Positions 27,680-42,274 of a stretch of 64,000 nt of DNA are shown in pieces (the first letter of the stretch is position 1; the number at the start of each line of letters is the position of its first letter). Source of the DNA: Paraspadella gotoi. Lineage: Eukaryota; Animalia; Chaetognatha. A model generated the notes under the pieces. It did no database searches and was not told where the DNA came from. It saw only the letters and a program-made list of their open reading frames with translations. Both the position numbers and the translations under genes were made by a program. The DNA is taken from the NCBI GenBank assembly GCA_051294375.1, contig CM119265.1, forward strand, positions 18,064,454-18,128,453. Reading direction: 5' to 3'.

Positions 27680-28796
27680 CCTGGCTCGAGAAATGTAAGC
27701 GCTGACCGAAGATGTATGATGAAGAGACTGAGCTCAAGGTTGACGACGTCAAATGTAACAATTATCTTCAGTTTTTAGTTGCGCAACTTCTTGAAACTTT
27801 TCTCGCAGCTTGACATTGGCGACAGACTTTCATTGACAAAACCGTGACATCAAGAATGACGATCATCCTTACTCGATTTAATTTAATCATTATATTAGTT
27901 TCGAACTTTGCGTTTCCATTGCAACCGCTGTGAAGGCCACTTTTAAATACTAAATGTGATAGAAGAAAATAAATTGGGTGGGGAATTTCGAAAATGTACA
28001 ATATTTATTTCGGCTTTTAAAGATAATTTAACAGATAATAAAAAAATCTACCAATAGCAATGAGTCCTATTTTTAAAAGTCATTATCATAAAAATTTGCT
28101 ACAAAATTACTCTAGTTTTCATTTTGCAAAATTTGTATTTAATCACAAAAATATAGAAAAAAAAAGGAAGAAATCTGATTGCGAGAAGCTCGCCCAGCGA
28201 GAAAAAAAATTAAAAAAGTGAAATTGGTGAAAGAAGTGAATTTGGTGAAAGAAGACGGCGTGAAAAATCAGCGAATGATTAATGATGATGATGATCGAAG
28301 CCAGTGAGAAGACGATCTTCACGCCGGGATTTAAATGGAGTGAAGAAACGTGATTTCTCAAAAGACGAAAACCCGTGAAAGACGCTGGCAACTTGACGGA
28401 TTTTGACGACTCATTTAATGCCGATAAGACGACGACGAAAACGACGACGAATATGAAGACGAGGGCAGAGAAAAGTCGGAGAAGATGAACGCACGTGTTA
28501 CGGCAAAGAGAGAGAGAGAGAGAGAGGCACGAGGAGAAGAGCATAGAGACGCGAGAACCCGAGACGAGAGTACAGCGACGACGAGAGTATGATTGCATTA
28601 TAAGAGAGAGAGAGAGAGAGAGAGAGGCAAAATGGTGCGGCGAGGTGGAGGGGAATATGTTGATTTCTCCCACTCACTTCCAAATCACTCTCTTTCTTTT
28701 TAAGTCAATTTTTTTATGTATTACAGATTCTCCAAAAAACGCCGACTCTCAATTTCTAATAAAGGGTACATTACACAATCTTCTCTCTCATTCTCT

Positions 28797-28832
<36 letters not shown>

Positions 28833-30761
28833 CTCTTCTCTCTTCCTCTCTCTCTCTCTCCTCCTCTCTCTCTCTCTCTCTCTCTCTCCATCTCTCTCTC
28901 CTCTCTCTCTCTCTCCAGAAACGGAAAAGGCGTAAACATCGGACGAGAAGGGAAGTCTAAACAAGAGAGAAGAACCCAAAGAGATTTTCATCCTTCAAAG
29001 TTTTTTTTTATTCGAATAACTTGAGATCGTTTGACGACACCGACGTCGAGTGATCGACTGTGAAAAAAAATCACTTGACGGGTAAATTCTTTTCATCTTT
29101 CGAAAAGAAAACATAAAATTAATTATTTTTTTTAACAAGTTAGGATACGCATACGGCTCAGAATTCGGATTGGATGACGATCTTATTTTAAAAGTTTATT
29201 TACTTTATCAAATAAAATTTTTAAAAAATTCGTAACAGGCCATTACGTTTTGTTGGTAAAAAAAATCAATTTAAGAAATAGGGATTGCGTATAATAAACG
29301 TACGTCAATCTTTAGATAGAAGCAAACGTTACGTTCCGATATCATTGGGCCGAAAAATGGTTTTCGTTGTTTACGTGTTCAGTTTCTGATAAAAGCGTAA
29401 ATATTATCTGCTGTTGATGCCAGAAGATGAGCTCTTTCACTCTCTCTCTATCTCTTTCTCTCTCGTGCTCGCTCGATCCCGCTTTCGCAACTGAAAAAAA
29501 AAACTTGAGGAAAAATTTTCGGAATTTTTCACAGTTGGTCAATATTGTTGTAGTTACCAAACTTATTATATTTATATAGCTATCATCAAAACGATCTCGT
29601 TAATGGTATATTTCTTAAGGTGTTACTATTATTATTTGTTATTTTCTTGTTTCTCTCAAGTTCCGTTTGACTTTGGTGAAGTTTAAATTTCACTCGTAAT
29701 TTGAAATGTTTAAATTTGAAATCTAAGAAATATATTTTTCATTTTATATAGAATAAAATCTCTTTTCTTAATAGATAAAAAAAGAGAATAAACATTTTTA
29801 TGAAAGTCAGATTTTTACCCTGGGGTCAAACAAATTTTCGGCCAGTTTTATCAGTTAGAAGAAAAAAAACTTCAGTTTCAATTTAAAAAAATATTGCGGG
29901 GAAAACGAATCCAGGCTTTCACTACGTTTGGCAGCCTCACACACCTTATTAACTTAATATGAAATAATTTTGTGACATCTCAGAAATTCAATTCAAATTT
30001 AATTCCATTATGTTTGGACGTGGAAGTTAACATGTTGGCTAAAAACTCATCCTTAGACATTACTTCTCTGTGTTTTTTAAAACAGAGATGCTTATTCACT
30101 TACTCACTTCTATCGCCTCTCTCTCCTCTCCCCCCCCCTCCACGTGAATTTCACATCAAAGAGAAATATTGATGGAGTTCTGAATTTGTGAGTTGCCGAC
30201 GCCGACGGCGATCAGAACCATTTTTTTTATAAACATATACATTGAATATAGTTTCCTCGCGAACAAAAAATATAAATGGAAAATCGGCATCGCGAAGAGA
30301 AGATAAGCGATAAATTAACGCATTGTTCTCGATGTCGCGACGATGCAATTGCTGATTTTTTGTTTATAGATGTTAGTTATTGAGGTCGACGCCAGGATTA
30401 AACACGACGCGAATCCTATTCTTGAAATTACAGATCAACTTTTGAGACAAAAGGGAAACGAAATGGTCCAAAAATATTGAATAACTCTGAACAAAGATGT
30501 TTAATAATAACAACAAAATATTTATTACCAGAAATACTAACCGTTAAATGTAATGTAATGTTCATTAAAATTATGGTACAAATCTGCTGTCAATTTTAAA
30601 ATATTTTTTTTAATGTTTTTAAATAATACTAGCTTCAAAATTCAAAGAAAGAAATTGCGTGGAGGAAAAAACTTGTCGACGTCGCGCGTGTGAAACGGAA
30701 AACTCCCGAAATACCCGCGTTGAATTAGATTCAACGGTGACTGTGTTGCACTGCGAGATGA

Positions 30762-30864
<103 letters not shown>

Positions 30865-31088
30865 CACTCGTGGATATCTCGTTCTCCCTCTTATCCACGA
30901 GTACATGTCGTCCTCCTCCACCTTGTTCTCGCCATCTTTCTTTTTTTTTCTCTTCTTTTCCCTTTTCAATTTTGTTGGCTTCCAAAACTCGGAAGCTCGC
31001 CGTAAAAAAAAGTGATCTCTCGCTCACTCACTGTTTCTCTTCCGCCCCCGCCCCCCTCGAGCCTGCACTCTCTCTCCCTCGAACTCAC

Positions 31089-32457
31089 CATTCTCCACTT
31101 CCCCTTCGTCCTCTTCTTCCTCTTCCCGCTCCTCCACCTCCCCGGCGTCCAACACCTCGTCGACGACGCCGGCTCCAGTGTCGACGGAGTGGCTGAAGGA
31201 TTGATTGAAGGAGTGATTGCAGAGTTGGTACGAGAATTCCTCCTTCACCGTCGAGTATTCCGAGAGCGGCGAGGTTTCCGCCACCGCCAGAGTCGCCAGC
31301 GGTGGCGCTCCCGCAGCAACAGCGCCGGCGGCGTGACGTTGCGGCGTGAAGGAGGCTGGAGTGGCCAGAGCGGATGCGAGACCCATCGTCGTTTCGAGGA
31401 GATCTCGAGGAGGAGCGGACGCGTTCGCTGCGAGGCAGAAGGTTTTGATCATTATTTGTTTACAATTGTACAATATTATTATTTCCATCCATTGCGACCA
31501 CATCAATCGCAGGTTCGTCTTTCTAAGGAGAAAAATTATCTTGTTTTCTTTATGAATATACATGTACTATTGTACCTGTTGTAAAGCCTTCTTGACGAAG
31601 CTGCATGGCTTCCAATCGCGAAGATTTTCCAACAGCGACGGCCTCGGCTGCGCCGCTTTTCCTCTCCCGACGCTGCAGCGCAGTAGCGGCGCAACGCGGC
31701 GCCTCGATCTCTCCGTCGACTTCCCGAAGTTCGAACGCTTCCTGGTAAAAGACGTCGTCTTCGTCGTCGTCGTTTTCGTCGTTTTCCAAGCAGTTGGCGT
31801 CTCCCGCGACTCCTTCGGCGGCGCTAGAACCGTCATTGAGTAACCGCCGACGTTCACGGCTCCCGTCGGTCGTCGCTGCGGCGTCGGCGGCGTCCGCCGC
31901 CTCCTGCCGCCGCGGAGAGGGGACGAATAAGGACGACGACGGCAGAGAAAATCGGGCGGGGGCCCCGGTGGTTGAAAGGTTTGAGGACGGAGGGAAGTGA
32001 CGCAGCCGGGGATGGTTATGGTGAGGGTGGTGATTTGGATGGTGCGGGTGGTGCTCGAGAGGATGGTGGAGCAGGGTCTCCGAGCTGCACGACTCCAGGG
32101 TTTGCGAGGGATCGCTGACGGCCAAGGAAATTTGGTGACGAAAAAGAGCGATTTTAAAAGTTTAATTTAATTTCGTAAAGGATAGACAGAATAGAAAGCA
32201 AATGAACACCCCACCGGTCCCCTACCGCAAAACAGAAAAATCAAAATAAAGGGAAAAAATCGGTCATTTGGTCTCCACCTGCTACGAGTAAATGTTTCGT
32301 TGCAAACCAAAGATTGCGTGTGTTTCTTTGAGAATTCAACCGTCGGTGTTTTGTGACTGCAAGGAAAAGTTTTATTTAACTCTTAAACAGATAAGGATCA
32401 GGAAATAATTTTCTCCAAACTTAAGGAATACCTTGGCAGGGATTCGGTAATGTTCAT
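31089..32457 (-). CDS. Multi-exon low-complexity (His-rich, acidic, Ala-rich) N-terminal module; exons 32457-32432, 32356-32279, 32114-31576, 31427-31089
   Basis: Four GT-AG exons join in frame (phases 2, 2, 1), starting MNITESLPSHKTPTVEF and ending ...EEEEEDEGEVEN at a G|gtgagt phase-1 donor. There is an in-frame stop upstream of the ATG. No domain recognised. Confidence 0.6.
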
Positions 32458-34749
32458 GTTAAAGCAGGGATGCCATATTTTAGTCTTTATCTTTATTTAC
32501 GTAATAATATGATGAGCGTTGAAACTTGAAGCACGAAAGGTGAAAGCTCGATGTTAGTTTTTCGAACAAGTTGGTCGATAGCGAAAAAGGTAAGTTAGTG
32601 GCGAAATGAGGATTTAACGACGAAGACTTGGAAAGTCAGTCTTCTGATGACGAAGACGACGCGGTGGCTGAAAAGATTGGAATAAGATGGAATTCAGTCG
32701 AAGGGAACGAGATTATCTTAGAATTAACCATCGATTTCTTCCTCCACTTTGTTCGATCGAGGAGAGAAGAGGAAAGAAAATGAAAACAATTTGTTTGTTC
32801 CTTTCTCTTTTGGAAGAAGCCTCGTTTTGATCGCGGGAAGTTACGAACGTCCGAGACGCTATCGTCGATTTTCGTCTAGAACGTTTTGGTCGTCCGCTAA
32901 TGTCGGCGGAATTTTCGAATTTGAATTTGCGCGCGCGATTCGCTTTCCAACGTTCGTTTGGGTCGCGAGGAATTGAGCGTCGCGTTCTTCTTCTTTTTTT
33001 TTTTCAAATGAGACTCGCAAAAAAAGGGATGGCGGGTAGACGATGAAGGGAAGTTGGCGAACAAGGCGGGCAGCGCCGGACCCAGAACGGCGGGCCGATC
33101 TCCGGAAACAAAAGATTCCTAGAAAGGAAATCAGATAAATGAATTAGAAAATAAATCTAGATTAATTTTGACAATAAGCGTCTTCAAAATTGTCTCGGAA
33201 ACGGTAATTTTCCTGAGTAATTTCCTCATAAATATCGGAGTTCGAAAAACGAAAGTCTTTATTACTCTTACAACGATTTTTATTAAACATTCGGTAAAAC
33301 TAATAAAAACTTTCGTTTTTCGAACTCCGCTATTCAAATAAAACAACGAAAAGATATAAAATTACAAAATCAATATCATATTCTAAGTTGAGCATAAATT
33401 TTATGTTCACTTTATTATTTATTTATTTATTTTTCAAGCTCTAATGCACAAACGGGACACTTATTTGTCTTAAAGAGCGCCAAAATACTTTTAAAATATC
33501 CAAAAAGACCCATTATCCCGTTAAGTGACAAATCTTTTGTTCTCAAATTCCCGATTTTTGGCCACCGCCCAAGATTTGCAAATATCGAAAATACATAAAA
33601 TCAGCGATAGATCATGCTTGAGTTGGCGTTATAAGGCAAGGGAGAAGATGGAAAAAAGGGGAAAAAAAGGGAAAAAAGTTAGAAAAATGGCAAAAAAAAT
33701 AAGAAAGCGAAGCGCCTCTAGAGACGCCTGTCGTCGTAAAATACGCCTCGGACCGATTATAAAGACGTTGCGAGGACAGAAACGATCTCCTTTCTTCTTG
33801 GAACGGCGGGTAAGAGACCTTACTTATGGCGGCGTCTTCCTCTTTCTTCTTCAGGGAGAGTTAAAGGTTAAACTCCAATCCGTCTTTTTTTTTTCCAGGC
33901 CGCATTAGTGTTATTTTTGAAAAGAACAAGTGGCAAAGTGGATCAAAAGAACACGGGGAAGATTTTATACATCAATGTTACAAGAAAAAAGATTCATTTG
34001 GTATTATTGGTATAAGTGTTGCACTGATGAATAAGCTGCGGAGAATATAAGTTTAATATGAAGGTTTGGATTCAACAATGGGAAACTGCTTGAAGTAGGT
34101 TATTCAACAAACTGACGTACTATGAATGCGTCTTACTTTTCTCCTTGATAAATCAAAGTGACTTCTTTAAAAGGTTTGACGGAATGAAATGAGCTTATGG
34201 CCGTTGAAGCGTAGTACATTAATGTCAAACGTGAAAAAAAAAGGCAAAGAAGTGTGACGGAGAGATAAATTGGGGCGGGAGTGAAAGGAACTTTTCGATT
34301 CCATGATGCGAGAGCGAGGTGTCCTGGTACAAAAAGGCAGTTCACGACAGCGGATTCCTTCTTTGGTTGAGTACAGCTGTTCGCCCACTCTGACAAAATC
34401 AAAACGCAGAAAATAAATTTGAATTTGACGAAATCGATTTCGGAAACTTGATGCGAGAGCGAAATTGTGAAACAGAAAGTGAGTGTCAGAGAGAAACGGA
34501 GAGAAAGTATGAGTGGGGGGGGGGAACGGAAACTGTGACTTTACAGTTTGCATTGAAAGTACTACAATTGTTTGATGAAAGCCACATTAAACTTTTCCTT
34601 TTGTGCGCAGGAGAAACCGTTGAAATAAAAATATAGCCAATTTTGGTTCAGCAAGAGAGCAAAATTTTTCTCTTTATTCTCTCTCTCTTCTCCTCTCTCT
34701 CTCTCTCTCTCTTCTCTCTCTCGTCTCCTTCTCTCTCTCTCTCTCTCAC

Positions 34750-34800
<51 letters not shown>

Positions 34801-35948
34801 TTCTCTCTATCTCTTTCTCTCTCTTACACAATCACATCCTCTGGAATTCCACGAATCGAGAGTCTTGGGGAGAGGGTAGACCAGAGATGCAGGAGGAGTG
34901 GAGAATATCGACTGCGAGAAAAGGAACGTGATGCCACGAAAGAGAAAATGGAAAAGAAATCTGGGTTGACGTCGGGGGTTGGAGGGTGGTGGGGGGGTGG
35001 TGGGGGGAATCGGGGAGGTGGGGTGAGCGATGGTAAGAGAATTCGTGGGGGGGGAGGAGAAAAGAAACCGGAGAGCAAAAGTAAAGAATGAGGGGTCAAA
35101 TAAATTTTTTTAAAAAAATAAAGTTTTGAAATGGACTAATCTGAAATTAAGTTCTTTAACTGGAGGAGGCGGGGGTCCTTGACGAGAACGGCTGAGTTAG
35201 GTTGACCAAAGAATTGAAAGTGACTAGAAGAACGTTTTCTATGACAAAGAATTGTCGAGAAATGGTCGCCTGAATAATTTAAGGGGAGTTTTGAGGGGAA
35301 AATGTGAACCAGCGTTCACTGAACCAGGGAACACAGAGGATGAGGTTGGTCAGATGCAAGGGACAAAAAAGAAAGAGGCGGCCTTCATTTGACCCACGTT
35401 TTAAACTTCATGCGAACCTGCGTGTGAACCTTCACTCGCACCTACGTGTGAACCTTCGCGTGCACCTCCTCACGGCCGAATCTCCGCTTTTAACTTCCGA
35501 TTCGCTCGTTTCTTTCTCTCGTTCGCGCGACTAAAAGCTTTCGAAATGACAACGGGCCGCAAGGCGGGTCTCAAAAGAGGAAATCGAAACTCTGTCTCAG
35601 TTTCTATCTTTCCTCTCTTCTGTCCCCTTTTTCGGTCCCCCATCTTTCTTGTTTCTTTTTTTTTTCGGCTGGAAAAGAAATTAGAGGAAGATCTTTTGCG
35701 CTTGAAGAAGTCGGGCGGCATTTTGGGCAATAAAAAAAAGAAAAAAAATTGCATTGATGCAGGGCATTCTGCTTCGTGCTTTTTTCGGATTTTGAGACAA
35801 TTGTTCAATGCGCTCGTGTTGCAAAAGAGTCAGGCCCACAATGCCACCTTGTTTTTCTTCTTTTTGTGGTCTTCGATAATTCCATTGCTATTAAATCCTC
35901 GCCATTCTCATTATTTGGAGATTATTGAGGGGATTACCAGTTCCAGGG

Positions 35949-35995
<47 letters not shown>

Positions 35996-36677
35996 CTCTC
36001 GCCTCTCTCTCTCTCTCATCTCAACTGTTCTCTCTTTTGAGAAAATGCAAACAAATGGACACAAAAGATAAAATTCTATTTGCGCATTTGTTCTTCCTCG
36101 GCGAGTCAAACACTGAAACCTCATACGTTACTCGACATTACATTTTTCACTTTTCGACTCATTCACTCAATCTCCCATCTTGTTCATTCACTCCTCACGC
36201 GGTTTCTTTAATTCTCTTCCTTTACTCAAACCTTCAATTGCTCGCAATTCTCTTCGTGAGGGAGAATCTTCCCCCGCCCTCCCCGCCCTCCCCTTCCTTC
36301 TCTCCCTTACTCCCCAACGACCACCATCGAATCGGCTCCCGGCATTTCTCGCTTCCGCCACTGACCGGAATCCGGCATCAACCAGTCTCCCGGCGCCTGA
36401 AACCAACAATGACTTTCGGTTGCTTCCCTCTCACTGGTTTCAAGGTGCAAAGTAATGGGAAAAGAATCGAAGACGAGGCCGTAAAGTGGAGAGAGAGGAA
36501 CTCTCTTTTATATATTTTGTTTTCTCGTTCAATTCTTAGTTTCTCGTCATTTCTTTCCTTTTTATTTTTTTTCTTTCTATTTTTTCTATTTTCTATTTTC
36601 TATTCTTCCTTTCTTTCCTTGCCTATTTTATTGTTTCACTCGAATTTCGCTCGATCGTTTTCGCTGTTGACAAACGT

Positions 36678-36784
36678 ATGAGTACAAAAATAAATCAGTC
36701 ATTTTTATGATTTTAATTTTCATAAAAATGACTGGTTTATGATTATTAAAATCATAAAAATGACCGATTTACTTTTGTACTCAT
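36678..36784. repeat. ~107-bp fold-back element (MITE-like inverted repeat)
   Basis: atgagtacaaaaataaatcagtcatttttatgattttaat pairs with attaaaatcataaaaatgaccgatttacttttgtactcat with few mismatches. A third partial arm lies inside. Confidence 0.7.
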
Positions 36785-38532
36785 TTTTGAACTCAGACGT
36801 TCGTTTTTTCCCCTTTGACATGTTTTGAGTTTTGCTTTCAACTAACCAGTGTTAGACTGTAAGGTCATCCAGAATTAAACTGTTTGCCTCTTGAATAATC
36901 CGGGTTAATCGGGTCAGCTAATCGAAAGAGAGGCAAGCAAACACGAATGGCCAGAAAGCAAGCCCTTCGTCTGCCAAGCGACCAATTTATATGATAAACA
37001 TTAAGAAGCAAGCTTGAGAGGAGAGCAATAAAGACAGCTACTGAGAATGGAAGCTTTGGAGATGGAGAGAAGAGGTCAAGCGAAGCGAAGGTAGGATCGT
37101 CCTTGATCTGTGCGCCCCCTCGTTATGTTCGCCCGCGATATTTATATCGACGGCGAAGCTTCTTTTTTTTTTGGCTTCGCGAAGCCAAATAAAAGCCGCT
37201 CGCTCTTACGGCGTGATAGTTGTGAGAATCATAGAAGAACGATTTAGTGAGAGAAATATAATGAAGAGCCTGTCACGTTTTGTCAATGTTATAACATGTC
37301 AATTAATTAATCCTGTCCTGATTTTGATGAGATAAAGCAAAAATAATGAAAAGATCTGCGTAAAAGTTTTGGGATCCTCGACTAATGTTAAAATAATTGG
37401 TATGAGTGGCTAAATTAAGATTATTTTATGTAAAATTATCTTCTATAAATAAACTTTTTCGAAGTGATCAAGTTGGAGGTGACTTGAATTTTTTAAATTT
37501 TATTTATAACTTATATTCTTCTTTTTTTCTCTCAATCGAGTTTGTAAGTTTTGTTACTCTGCCTTGTTGTACCTTCGCTATCAACTCCAATTATACCCTT
37601 TCGTTTCAAATCAAATACGAATCGACCTTCCGCGTTAAAAAAAAACCAAACTAACAAACAAAAAACCCAAAAAACCGAAACAAAAAACCAAAAGAAAAGA
37701 AAGAAAAAAGCTGTTTTTTTCTTCGATCGATATTCCCGCGAGAAACCGAGTAGGCGGACAGAACGAGAGCTTTGGTTTGGATTAGGTGAGGTGACGGTTC
37801 ACAACTTCACAACCCGTAGAATTCACTGGAGTCAGGTAACAGAGATCTAGAAGGATCACGGACGTACATTGTACGTCGTACGTCGTACGTCGTACAATGA
37901 AGTCGTTCGTGAAATTAATCGAAAAATAATCGATGAAATTTGCGAGATGAGCGCCGAGCAATCAGGGAATAAAGGATTTTTAATCCCGAACATTCATTAA
38001 AAAAAAATTGTAAAAGAAAATCGATATAAAAAGGAAGGAGGTAATGTTATGAAAATATTATGCAAACGTTAATTTATTGTTTTCGTTGTTTATCCCTAGT
38101 TAAGCCGGTTAAACAAAACTGTTGACGATTCACAGAATTATGATAATTTCAAAGCAATAAAAATCCTTGAAATAAAATGGAATTTGTTAAAGTCGTAGAA
38201 CTAAAAACGACACCGACGACAATCTGCAGCAGATTCGGTGACAATCCAAGCGCGAAGACGGATCCAAATTTCAAATCCCGCGAGGAGACGAAAAAGACGA
38301 AAAAAGATGTGAAAAAAAATAGAGGAATTCGAGATTCCGTGATCAAGTAAAAAAAACGGTTTCTCGTTTAAACAATGGCCAATTAATGAACCAGTTTATT
38401 TTCTTCTTTTTTTTCTTTCTTTTTTTTCTAGCGCCGAATACCCGCGCGTTCTTTCCATCTTTCCATCTTTTCTCCGGGAAAAAAAAAAGGGGAAGTAGGT
38501 GACGATCACGCCGATGACGTAGTCGCTCGAAA

Positions 38533-38576
<44 letters not shown>

Positions 38577-39482
38577 CAGCATCTGATGGGGAAGAGCACC
38601 ATAGATGCAACGAAGGAACACAACTCGAGAGAAAGCGGGAGAAGCGAATTTCGTGACGTCGCCTTTTTGAGAGCGACGCGGACAAAGAGGATAATTTTAA
38701 GATATTTTCGTCAATGTCTTTCGTTGTTTTCGATTATAACTCTAGCTTAATTCTACTTGTTAATATTATTAAGCCAGCTCTTCGAGAGTCTAGTGGTCCA
38801 TCTTTCTTTTTATTGCCGAAAAGGGCCTGCCTTGGCGGGCTGAGCCGAGGGCCACTTACCGCACCATTTTTTTTAAATGTATTTTTTTTTTAAAGAATAG
38901 GTGGGGAAATGATTTTTTGTAACTCGTGTTTGATCAAACAATGACTATTTGATAATATCGAAAAATTTGTTTTTTTATAATACTTCATGAAAAACGCTAG
39001 TCTGGCTACGAAGGTTTTTGTTTTTTATTATCTTATTTTTCAATTAAAACAGAGATTTCTTTAGTTCTTATTTTATTTTTTAAAAGTCGAGAAAGTGCAA
39101 ATAAATTTAAAAGCGATCTTTTGTTGTCTTATCTAACTCGCCTTTTTTGGAGTTTTTTTGCGTCAGATTAGTACAAATTTTTTCTCAATATTTATTTATT
39201 CTGAATTTTTTAAAAGTTCGTTAAATAACTTACTCAAAACCTGATCGATTTTTTCGAAAATATTACCTTCATCAGATCCAACCCCTTAAAAATGAGATTA
39301 ACCGAATCAGTTGAAGATCGAACGATTACTCCTCAAGACAAAGATCAAATGAACTAATTTTTTTTTTAAGTCACACTTTTTTCATATAATTTTTATTAAA
39401 ATCGTCCTTATTAATGAATTAACGTTTGGTTGAAAGTTAAAAAAACCCAATAAAAAATCATAACACGACAAATTGTCAAGAG

Positions 39483-40237
39483 ATGCATTCAAACTATTTC
39501 TTTTGTGCTTTCGTAGCTGTTTCAATACTGGCTGTAACAAATGGGTAAGTTTTTACACTAAAACTGTAATCTTGGAGTCAAATTAAAACGTTTTAATAAT
39601 CTAGATTGGAGGAGTTTATGGGTCTGCGATTATTCCACTCAGCGGACACTAATCACGACAATATCATGAGCTTTCCTGAAATGGTCAGGTAAACAAAATT
39701 CGTTTTAAAACGAGGTCAGCGTAAAACTTATCTTCAAATTCACAGTCTTCTTACAAGTTATGCAACAGACCTTTCTGGCTATCTGTTGACTGTTCAAGTC
39801 AAAGAGTTATTACTTTGTCTTTTAATAACCTTTGACCTTTGCCCTCGACAGGTTCTTTTTTCTCATTGACCTCAACGGAGACGACGTAATCACGGGGGAC
39901 GAGTTTCTTCTCGCCTGCAAACAACAGTTCGAACTCAACGACGGGGAGGTCAGACACCAAGTGTGGAATGTTGTCGCCTGCAGCCTTTAAATAACGTTAG
40001 GTTAATATACATTAAAGTATTAAAGGCTTTTAAAATTCTACGCTTAAGGCGAAAATCCTGCTGCAAAACTTGGATAACTTAAGCCCGAAAAATCAGATCA
40101 CTGGCGTGGAGATCCAAGCGACTTTCGTCGAGCTGGACCGCAATGGAGACGGCAGAGTCACCAAGGACGAATTCTTATACTTTTGGACCCAGTTACGTGA
40201 GCTTATGAGTCGCGAAGATGGCGATGCGAAAACTTAA
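39483..40237 (+). CDS. Secreted EF-hand calcium-binding protein, 143 aa; exons 39483-39544, 39605-39688, 39852-39948, 40049-40237
   Basis: Signal peptide MHSNYFFCAFVAVSILAVTNG. EF loops DTNHDNIMSFPE, DLNGDDVITGDE, degenerate DNLSPKNQITGVE and DRNGDGRVTKDE. Three canonical GT-AG introns keep the frame to TAA. Confidence 0.9.
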
Positions 40238-40521
40238 AAGATGTCAAATCCAACGAATCTGGTTTTTTTTAAGTTATGACGATTTTTTTTATTATCTTTG
40301 TTTATTTCTTTTTATTCCTATTAATTTAAATGAGTTTGTAATCGTTGATTTAATATATTAAGATAAATTTAACCAAAAAATATAATATAAATTTAACAAA
40401 CAAAAAATCAAAGAAAAGTTACTCGAAAAAAAAAAATCGGCAGTTTTTATTAGAAATTCCCAATATTAAAGCAATTACAATTATTTTTTAAAAAAAATCA
40501 ATCTCGAAGACAAATAAAAGT

Positions 40522-41376
40522 TTAGAATCCGTAAAATTTCTTGCACGTCTTGCCGAGAATCCACGCCAAGTCGTCATCAGTGGCTCCTGCAGAATCGAGA
40601 CATTGGAGCAGCGACGACAGCACCTGCTTATAGTCGGCCTCTTTGGCCAAAGTGCACACGGGCCAATCGGATCCGAACATCAGCCGTTGTGGGCCGAAGA
40701 GACGAAATAGGATCTGGGAACCATACGATTTGGGATTAAATTAGTTTCACAGTACAGTAGGCTTGTTTACGCAACTTTGCTTACTTGTACGTAAGGTAAA
40801 AGATCTTCAGTTTTCCAATTTTCCAAGTCGGCCTCGGTGACCATTCCTGACCTGAACATTTAATTTTTTAAAAAAATTGTGTTTTGTCTTAGACTTTTAA
40901 TATAGTAGATTATCTAGATTTTTCTCTTACATTACATTAAAAACTTATTAATGTTGAACCGGTATCAACGTCGAAAACAAAATGGCAAACACGACTAAAG
41001 AAACGCCTTTGCGTGACATCTTTACCCAAAATCAAACGTAGTAAAACGTAAAAAATAAACCTGACTCCTATTACTATTTGAACGGAAAAATAAAAAAAAA
41101 ACAACTTAAAAGCCGAGATGGGAAAAGTGATCTCGCTCCTGTTCCCGGCCTATCCCGTCCAAAAGCCGCCTATCTACTACGAGGACCCGGCCAACTTCTC
41201 CTGCACGGGCGAAAGAATCCGCGAGACGGTGACAACGAAGAATGCCTTCTACGAGGCCATCAAGCCTTTCTTCGAGGACGTGTGGCAGGAGCGGCAGGAG
41301 GTTCAAGTCGCGCAGAGCATGCTCGATCCGGAGAACATCCCAAAGTTTTGTCAGCAATTTCCGAGGTAAACGGGGA

Positions 41377-41470
<94 letters not shown>

Positions 41471-41548
41471 TAGATATATAGATAGATAGAAAGAAAAAAG
41501 ACAGACAGACAGACCTACAGACAAAAAGAAATAAATAAAGAAAGAAAA

Positions 41549-41632
<84 letters not shown>

Positions 41633-42202
41633 AAAAAAATACAGTAGAAAAATTTCAAAAAGAATAAAACCCAAACAACAAGAACAGATATCGTCATAAA
41701 AATATAATAAAGAAAAATAAACAACTGAACAAAAGCTTTCAAATAAAGCGCCATCTACGATTTTAGCGACAACCTGTCGACTACCCCTTCCCGCTTCTTC
41801 CAGGTGGGACAAACAAAAGATCCTCGACCTTCGGGCTCAGTACGTCTCCTTCGACATCAACCAGGACGGACTCATCGACTTCGAAGAGTTGACGGCCGCG
41901 TTGGACAACATCGGGGATCCCAGCGACGCCACCGCTAGGAGAAACTACTTTAACATGTGACAAATGATCATCCTCGTTGGCAGCGATGCCTTCTGCTTCA
42001 TTCATCCGATGCTCTTTTTTTTTTTTAAACGAGATGTCGCTCTTCCTCCTCAGGATCGATAAAGATTCTTCGGGCGGAATCGATTTTGAGGAATTTCTCA
42101 CGCTGCTGTACGATCTCGACACGGTAAAAATGTTGCATAGATAGATTAGATAGATATATAGATAGATTAGATAGATAGATAGATAGATAGATAAATAGAT
42201 AA

Positions 42203-42274
<72 letters not shown>

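Noticed and set aside
30868-30934. MYSWIR resembling a Hox hexapeptide (YPWM)
   Set aside because: The would-be acceptor is purine-rich, there is no good donor, and no homeobox appears in the window.
37811-37832. aacccgtaga matching the 5' end of miR-100
   Set aside because: Only 10 nt match, the 3' half differs, and there is no proper precursor hairpin.
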